In this document: piece after piece, positions 14,972 to 21,600 of the stretch
How positions within the stretch are numbered: the stretch's first letter is position 1
How the letters are laid out: every line of letters begins with the position of its first letter
DNA from: Culicoidibacter larvae
GTDB taxonomy: Bacteria; Bacillota_I; Bacilli_A; Culicoidibacterales; Culicoidibacteraceae
Direction: 5' to 3'
Assembly (NCBI RefSeq): GCF_005771635.1
Contig: NZ_VBWP01000006.1
Location: forward strand, 128,470-152,469
Length of the DNA: 24,000 bases
Notes under the pieces: model-generated
The model's input: the letters and a program-made list of their open reading frames with translations, nothing else
Told to the model about the DNA's origin: nothing
The model's database searches: none
Position numbers and translations under genes: made by a program

Positions 14972-15003
14972 ATTCGCAACGAAACACTAAGCTTTTATCT
15001 TAT

Positions 15004-15282
15004 TTACTCTTTTTTACGACGTTTTATCAAGAAAAAGGTTAGCGATGAGCCGCTGATTATCAGGAAGATTCCGGTTATTGTTATTGCATCATTTTACCCG
15101 GTAACCGGAAGTCCGAAAATTAATGTTTTGCCCTCAAGGTCAGCTGGACTATTTGGCGCCGTTGCATTGCCTTCACCAGTTACAGTTATTGTTACATTGG
15201 TTTCGGCGTATTTTTGTCCATCAGCGGTTCGAACAGTAATAGTCACTGTGGTTGTCAGCTCAATAGTTTCAGCTTTTTTCAA
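15004..15282 (-). pseudogene. Remnant of the C-terminus of an LPXTG-anchored surface protein, with an in-frame TAA immediately after LPVTG
   Basis: Minus-strand translation: (TTG)KKAETIELTTTVTITVRTADGQKYAETNVTITVTGEGNATAPNSPADLEGKTLIFGLPVTG-TAA-NDAITITGIFLIISGSSLTFFLIKRRKKE-TAA. This is an LPVTG motif, a hydrophobic helix and a basic tail, split by a stop codon at 15094-15096. There is no signal peptide and no upstream coding partner. Confidence 0.75.
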
Positions 15283-15285
15283 AAT

Positions 15286-16947
15286 TTATCCCAAAACCAT
15301 ATAGGTTTCATACGGTTGCAAACTAATAATTCCTTCTAAACGCTCAAGCGGTTTGGCGGCGTTACTGATCAACACCTGCTGACTCCCCTTTAACCACTCA
15401 ATAGCAGATAAATCTATCTCCATAGGTGTATCATAAAAGTTTGCCAGCACTAGCAAATGCTCATCAGCTAAATTACGACTATAAGCAAACAGCTGTGCAT
15501 GCTCAGCAAACAACGGCTGATAATCACCATCAACAATAACTGCCTGTTCTTTACGCAATTGAATCAACTTTTGATAATACTTAAACACCGACTTTGCCGC
15601 TGCACAATCAGCTGCGGCATTCACTTCATCAGCATTTCTGCCGGCACTAATCCATGGTTTACCGCTGGTAAACCCATTAGCATGGCCACTATCCCAAGTC
15701 ATCGGCGTCCGACCATTATCCCGCGACTTCGCCGCTAAGATATCCAGCACCTCAGCCTCTGGTATATTGGCATTACGCAAAATCTCAAAAGCATTGAGCG
15801 ACTCAACATCGCGATACTGATGAATTGAAGTAAAATCAGGATTTCCGGTTGCAAACTCTTCGCCCTGATAAATGTATGGCGTCCCTTGCATACCATGCAA
15901 AACTGTTGCCAACATTGTCGCACTCTCAAAGCGATACTCATGATCATTCCCAAAACGTGATAACGCTCGCGGCTGATCATGATTGTTCCAGAACAAGGCG
16001 TTCCAACCACCACCTTCGTGCATACCAACCTGCCACTCTGTAAATAACTGCTTTAACTCAGCAAAATCAAAAGGCGTCTTGGTCCACTTGGCTTTATCCT
16101 TATAATCAACCTTTAAATGATGGAAATTAAATACCATATCCAGTTCTTCATTCGCTGGATTAGTATAACGGATACAACTCGCTAAGTTTGTCGATGACAT
16201 TTCACCGGTTGTTAAGGCATCCGGAAACTGAGCCAGAACTTCACGATTCATTTCATGCAAAAACTCATGAATGCGTGGACCATCAGTATAAAACTTACGC
16301 CCATCAGCGGTAGCAGAAGCCAAAGTATCATCTAAAAAGCGCTGATCCTTGGAAAGCAGATTCACGACATCAAGACGGAATCCGTCAATACCTTTAGTCA
16401 GCCACCAACGCATCATCTTATAAATATCCTGACGCATCTTCGGATTTTCCCAGTTTAAATCAGCCTGAGTTTTATCAAACAAATGCAAATAGTAAGTATT
16501 GGTTGCTTGATTATACTCCCAAGTAGTCCCGCCAAACTTAGACTGCCAGTTATTCGGCTGATCGCGCCAAATATAATAATCATAATAAGGATTATCCTTA
16601 CCGGTACGCGCCTGCTTAAACCACTCATGCTCGGTAGAAGTATGATTCACTACCAAGTCCATAATAATCTTCAACCCTTTGGCGTGAGCTTGTGCTAACA
16701 ACTCATCAAAATCAGCCATCGTACCATACAACGGATCGATCTCATAGTAATCAGCAATATCATACCCATTATCACGTTGCGGCGACACGTACGGCGGTGT
16801 CAGCCATAAATAATCAACGCCCAGCTCAGCCAAATAATCAAGCCGCGAAATAATGCCTTGAATATCACCAATACCATCACCATTACTATCTTGAAAACTT
16901 TTAGGATATATCTGATAGACAACTGACTGCTTAAATTTTGTGTTCAT
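15286..16947 (-). CDS. treC: GH13 alpha-glucosidase, best read as alpha,alpha-phosphotrehalase (trehalose-6-phosphate hydrolase), 553 aa
   Basis: Begins SVVYQIYPKSFQDSNGDGIGDIQGII. Catalytic motifs: DGFRLDVVNL, TTGEMSS, FWNNHDQPR. The long collinear stretches FYTDGPRIHEFLHEMN, FHHLKVDY and GTPYIYQGEE match B. subtilis TreA as I recall it. The gene sits directly downstream of a trehalose-type EIIBC. No signal peptide. Confidence 0.8.
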   Translation of the reverse strand: MNTKFKQSVVYQIYPKSFQDSNGDGIGDIQGIISRLDYLAELGVDYLWLTPPYVSPQRDNGYDIADYYEIDPLYGTMADFDELLAQAHAKGLKIIMDLVVNHTSTEHEWFKQARTGKDNPYYDYYIWRDQPNNWQSKFGGTTWEYNQATNTYYLHLFDKTQADLNWENPKMRQDIYKMMRWWLTKGIDGFRLDVVNLLSKDQRFLDDTLASATADGRKFYTDGPRIHEFLHEMNREVLAQFPDALTTGEMSSTNLASCIRYTNPANEELDMVFNFHHLKVDYKDKAKWTKTPFDFAELKQLFTEWQVGMHEGGGWNALFWNNHDQPRALSRFGNDHEYRFESATMLATVLHGMQGTPYIYQGEEFATGNPDFTSIHQYRDVESLNAFEILRNANIPEAEVLDILAAKSRDNGRTPMTWDSGHANGFTSGKPWISAGRNADEVNAAADCAAAKSVFKYYQKLIQLRKEQAVIVDGDYQPLFAEHAQLFAYSRNLADEHLLVLANFYDTPMEIDLSAIEWLKGSQQVLISNAAKPLERLEGIISLQPYETYMVLG

Positions 16948-16975
16948 CTTTATTCGCCTCTCTTTATAAAAAGAA

Positions 16976-17006
16976 GTTGATGTGGCAAGCTGCTTGCCAC
17001 ATCAAC
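16976..17006 (-). terminator. Strong terminator-like hairpin between treP and treC (intra-operon)
   Basis: GTTGATGTGGCAAG / CTTGCCACATCAAC form a 14-bp perfect stem with a 3-nt loop. On the minus strand TTCTTTTTAT follows. It lies within the 66-nt treP-treC gap. Confidence 0.5.
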
Positions 17007-17013
17007 CATTTTC

Positions 17014-18471
17014 CTACATACCGAAATCAGTTTCCTCAGCAGTAATAATTTCTTTACCGCCAGCTTTTTGTACTGCCATTTTGTGGAATACAAAGGTAAG
17101 AACCATCGGCACGGCAATTGCTACAACCATTGCAATCGCAAACGGTAACCAATATTGTGGTTGAATTGACAAGATTCCTGGCAATCCACCAACACCAATA
17201 CCATTAGCCATAACGCCGGTCACAATTGAAACCACTGCCGCACAAGCTGAACCAATGATGGCCGCATAGAACGGATAACGGAATTTCAAGTTAACCCCAT
17301 ACATCGCCGGCTCGGTAACTCCTAACCATGCTGAAATAGTTGAAGATGTCGTTACTGAACGAGTTTTTGCATCTTTATATAAGAAATAACATGCGAAGGC
17401 AGCTGCCCCTTGAGCGATATTGCTCAAGGCAATCATCGGCCAAATCATCGTTCCACCAAGATTCGCAATCAACTGCAAGTCAACAGCAATAAAGGTGTGA
17501 TGCAATCCGGTAATTACCAGCGGTGCATAAGCGAGACCGAAAATAATTGCGCCGATAAAGCTAAACGGTCCGGTTAGCAGCCATTCAAAAGCGAAGGCAA
17601 TCGCATTACCGATTTCACGTGATACCGGTCCGATAATTGTATATGATAATACTAAAGTTACTAATAAAACAGTAATCGGAATGATAACCATTTTCAATGC
17701 ATCGTGGATATATTTGCTTAAGAATGTTTCCATCTTAGCAAGTACAATCCCACCAAGCAATGCCGGTAGCACTTGTGCTTGATAACCAACTTTTTGAATA
17801 ACGAACAGACCAAAGTCCCAAACCGGTACTTCTCCGGCAGCATTCGCTGCCGCATAGCCATAAGCATTCAATAATTGTGGTGATACCAGCATAATTCCTA
17901 AAGTAATACCTAGTACTGGCGTACCGCCAAACTTCTTAACTGTTGACCAACAAATAGCAACCGGCAAGAAATGGAATATCGCTTCACCCGGCACCCATAA
18001 GAATGAGTTTAACGCATCTACCCAAGGATACATTTGCACTAAAGTTAAACCATCAACAATAGCAATACTCTCCAAAATATTACGCAATCCTAAAATCAAC
18101 CCACCGGCTAACAATACCGGAATGATTGGTACAAAAATCTCTGCCAAGTTAGCAATCAAACGCTGTAAAATATTTTGATGTTGCAACGCATCCTGCTTCA
18201 CTTCTTCTTTGCTCACTTTTTCAATGCCGCTTACAGCCGCAAAATCCTTATAAAAGTCAGCAACAGCATTACCAATAATAACCTGGAATTGTCCAGCACT
18301 GGTAAATGTTCCCTTCACATCATCCAATGCTTCAATCTTAGTAATGTCTGCTTTACTCTCATCTTTTAAAACAAATCGTAATCTCGTCACACAATGCGTC
18401 AACGAAACAATATTGTCTTTACCGCCAACGTACTCAAGCAACGATTTTGCTTGTTCAGTATACTTTCCCAT
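17014..18471 (-). CDS. treP: PTS trehalose-type EIIBC component, 485 aa (no EIIA domain)
   Basis: The EIIB phospho-cysteine motif THCVTRLRF is N-terminal. EIIC motifs: VWDFGLFVIQKVGYQAQVLPALLGG, ITGLHHTFIAVDLQLIANLGGTMIWPMIALSNIAQGAAA, GVTEPAMYGVNLKFRYPF. The protein is collinear with B. subtilis TreP as I recall it. RBS AGGAGG. Confidence 0.8.
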   Translation of the reverse strand: MGKYTEQAKSLLEYVGGKDNIVSLTHCVTRLRFVLKDESKADITKIEALDDVKGTFTSAGQFQVIIGNAVADFYKDFAAVSGIEKVSKEEVKQDALQHQNILQRLIANLAEIFVPIIPVLLAGGLILGLRNILESIAIVDGLTLVQMYPWVDALNSFLWVPGEAIFHFLPVAICWSTVKKFGGTPVLGITLGIMLVSPQLLNAYGYAAANAAGEVPVWDFGLFVIQKVGYQAQVLPALLGGIVLAKMETFLSKYIHDALKMVIIPITVLLVTLVLSYTIIGPVSREIGNAIAFAFEWLLTGPFSFIGAIIFGLAYAPLVITGLHHTFIAVDLQLIANLGGTMIWPMIALSNIAQGAAAFACYFLYKDAKTRSVTTSSTISAWLGVTEPAMYGVNLKFRYPFYAAIIGSACAAVVSIVTGVMANGIGVGGLPGILSIQPQYWLPFAIAMVVAIAVPMVLTFVFHKMAVQKAGGKEIITAEETDFGM

Positions 18472-18509
18472 AGTATAAAACCTCCTAATTTGAAAACCTT
18501 TACACTACT

Positions 18510-18538
18510 AATATAACTTGTTTAACCAAGTTTGTCAA
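18510..18538 (-). promoter_or_regulatory. Sigma-A promoter of the treP-treC operon
   Basis: Minus strand reads TTGACA (18533-18538), 17-nt spacer, TATATT (18510-18515), about 40 nt upstream of the treP ATG. Confidence 0.6.
18515..18532. promoter_or_regulatory. tre operator O1 (perfect palindrome filling the -35/-10 spacer)
   Basis: AACTTG-TTTAAC-CAAGTT. Confidence 0.55.
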
Positions 18539-18554
18539 CATGTTTAAACAAGTT
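18537..18554. promoter_or_regulatory. tre operator O2 (near-palindrome overlapping the -35 box)
   Basis: AACATG-TTTAAA-CAAGTT, 22 bp centre-to-centre from O1. The outer arms AACTTGTTTAA (18515-18525) and TTAAACAAGTT (18544-18554) are also a perfect 11-bp inverted repeat. Confidence 0.5.
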
Positions 18555-18579
18555 TATTTTTATCACTAAAAGAAATGAT

Positions 18580-18610
18580 AAAAACAGCGGTCTGCCAGAC
18601 CGCTGTTTTT
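18580..18610 (-). terminator. Rho-independent terminator of the giant surface protein gene
   Basis: ACAGCGGTCT / AGACCGCTGT form a 10-bp stem with a 3-nt loop, flanked by A5 and T5. It lies 18 nt after the stop codon. Confidence 0.85.
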
Positions 18611-18627
18611 AGTTTTGAGTTTCCTCA

Positions 18628-21600
18628 TTATTGATTATGTCGTTTTTTCTTGATGATTAATAACACAAGTCCTGCAAGAGCAACAATTGCACCGATAATA
18701 ATAAAATAGAGTGTATTTTGCCCGGTACTTGCTAATGCATCGGTATTATCCAAGCTTTGTTCTTCAACAACAGTCACGGTAAAAGTAGTGTTAAGTACTC
18801 TTTCGTTAGTATTGTAAAGAATTCTGCTTGTGCTGTTGTTAGCAATTGCCGCATTTGGATCAGTATAAGCAACCTCTAACTCAAATTTTCCACTTTGCGG
18901 ACTTTCTGTTAACTTAGCAATATTGCTAATACGTAATGGCGTTAAAGTTGTATTTAGATTATGATCCAATGCTGCGCTGCCAGAACGATTTAGTAATTCG
19001 GCTTCTAATGTTCCGTTGGCAATGAATGCTTTTAAATCTGCATAGCTAACTTGGAAATCATTAGCCGAAATTGTCCAAACACCATCAGCGATGTAATCTT
19101 GCCATTTCGCTTGTAACTGTAAACCACCCGCTGGCATCGTAAAGCTGCCACTGTATCGTACTCCATTAGCATCAAACCAGCCTTGGAACCCATAGCTCCA
19201 TTGGTCACTGCTTAAGCTACTGATATCTACCATACTGTCGGTTGGTGCAACAATTGAATCAACACCAGTGCCGCCATGAGTATTGAATGTAATAACTTGG
19301 TCAGCTGCTGTCCACTTCGCTTTCAGCTGCAGACCGCCTGCCGGCATCGCAAAACTTCCGCTATGTTGCACATCGCTTGTATCAAACCAACCAATAAAGC
19401 TGTATCCGGCTCTAGTTGGCACAACTGTATCCAAATTCACCGCACTGCCGGTTGGTTGCACAATGCTGGTTGGAACACTCGTTACATCACCATTGTTTAC
19501 ATCTAAACTAATGGTCTGATCAATACCCTGCCATTTAGCTGTAAGTGTAGCATTATATGGATACATAGTAATCGTTCCAGTCACTTGAGTGTCATTGATA
19601 TCATACCAACCTAAGAAGGTATAACCAGCTTTTGTGGTTACATTGGCATCGATATCGATTGGAGTATCAGTGGCTGCGTTTATCGCGGTCACTGCACTTC
19701 CGCCTTTTGCATCAAACGTCAATGTATATGTGTTTGCGCTATATTGTGCGTACAACGTTACATTGTTAGTTGGCATCGTGTCGGTGCTGAAATTCCATTC
19801 ATTACCTCCAGTTTGGGCATCGAACCAACCGTTGAAAGTATAACCAAGTTTAGTTGGGTTGACTGGTTTAGGTACCAATGCACCATAAGTCACGCTTTCG
19901 GTCGTTGTTGCGCCATCGTTGTTGAAAGTCACTGTGTAACTATCAACACTAAACTGCGCATATAAAGTTACATTGTTTGCTGGCATTGTTTTCGTGTCGA
20001 AGTCCCACGCATTGCCGTCAGTTGCAGCATCGAACCAGCCGGCAAAACTATATCCGGTTTTACTTGGATCAGCTGGTTTTGTTGCCTTAACACCATAGTT
20101 GATTGTTTGCGCAGTTGGTGCGGTTCCGCTGCCACCATTGGTTGCGATATCAAAGCTCAATGTGTATGCATTCACTGAGTATTGCGCATACAATGTCATG
20201 TTATTTGCTGGCATTGTTCCAGTAGAGAAATTCCACTGAGTGCCGCCGGTTGCTGCAGTAAACCAGCCATTAAATGTATAGCCTTCTTTACTTGGGGCTG
20301 CTGGTTCAGTGATTGTTCCGCCATAGACAACATCACTCGTTGTTTCAACGCCATCATTATTGAAGGTTGTTGTATATGTATTTATGCTGAATTGTGCATA
20401 CAAAGTTGTATTGGCAGCAGGCATTGTTGTCGTGTTGAAATCCCATGCTGTGCCACCACTTGCTGCCGTAAACCAGCCAGTAAATGTGTAACCGGTTCTA
20501 GTTGCATCAGCTGGTTTTGTGGCTTTCGTACCATAGTTGATTGTTTCCGCTGCAGGCACACTGCTTTCTCCGCCATTAGTCGTGACATCATAACTTAACG
20601 TATATTGATTGACTGTGTATTGCGCGTATAATGTTGTGTCTTGTGTTCCAACCGTATACGGGAAAGTTATTTTACTTCCGCCGGTTGCTGCTGTAAACCA
20701 ACCGATAAACGTATGCCCTTCGCGAGTGACTGCTGGTTCACTGACGATGGTTTCTCCTGGATAGCGTTTAATCACACTATCAGCAGTCAATCCACCTTGT
20801 GCGTCCATTGTCACTTCTGTCGGAGTAATCAATCCGGCATTGATGGTTGTTGCCATCAATGTACTTGGCGTAATATTCGCAGTTTTTGCTTTTAAATGGT
20901 CGCCAGTAGCTGTTGGTGTTGAACCACCACTAGTAACCGGACTGAATCGGGTTGAGTCATCAGTATTTGGATTACCAAACACAATATCCACATTTTGGTT
21001 CTTATCTAAGCCCATAAATTTGTAGACACCATTAACCCCATTAAATGTTTGAGTTGTTGCGGTTGCCAATTGGGTTGTTGTTCCTGCCTCATAGGCAATC
21101 ACCGAAACACCATTGCGTCCGTTTTCACCGGCATCTTGTAGACCATTACGGTTTGCATCATCGAAAACCACACCGGTTACAATCCCGGTTTTTAAACGAA
21201 TCGCAATCGGTTCACTGGCTTTATAGCTTTCATTTCCATCAATACTACGGAAAATCCGTGCTGAGTAAATGTTTAAGTTTCCGGCATGAGCGTCCGCTAA
21301 CGGATCGGTCAATGCTAATGGGAAATCAATTACATCCACTGTGCCATCGACAATCGGATTATCAGTAAAAATTTTTACCATACGAATATCGTCTTTATTC
21401 GCAATAGCATCCCATGCAACAAAGTTTGGCGAATTACGTTCTGTTTCATATGTTGTCGCATATAACACCTGATAATCAAGATTCGCTGCTGAAGTATTAA
21501 TTTCTTCTAGCAATGATGTAGTCCAGCCGAAAGCCTCTTTTTGCAAATGATAGCCCGATTCAAATGGGTCTGAACCAGAAGTTAATGCAGTCTGTTCACC

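Noticed and set aside
15094-15288. Stop-codon read-through or recoding that would fuse treC to the LPVTG anchor
   Set aside because: TreC has no signal peptide and a normal GH13 C-terminus. Two successive TAA codons would have to be read through. TAA is the most frequent genuine stop codon in this window (11 of 15 stop codons), so an altered genetic code is not supported. The shared frame has a one-in-three chance of occurring by coincidence.
20182-20598. 138-aa Cys-rich plus-strand ORF (and neighbouring + ORFs at 19276-21368)
   Set aside because: It is antisense to the Listeria-Bacteroides-type repeat region. The Cys and Arg richness comes from reverse-complemented Ala/Thr/Gly codons. It is not a gene.
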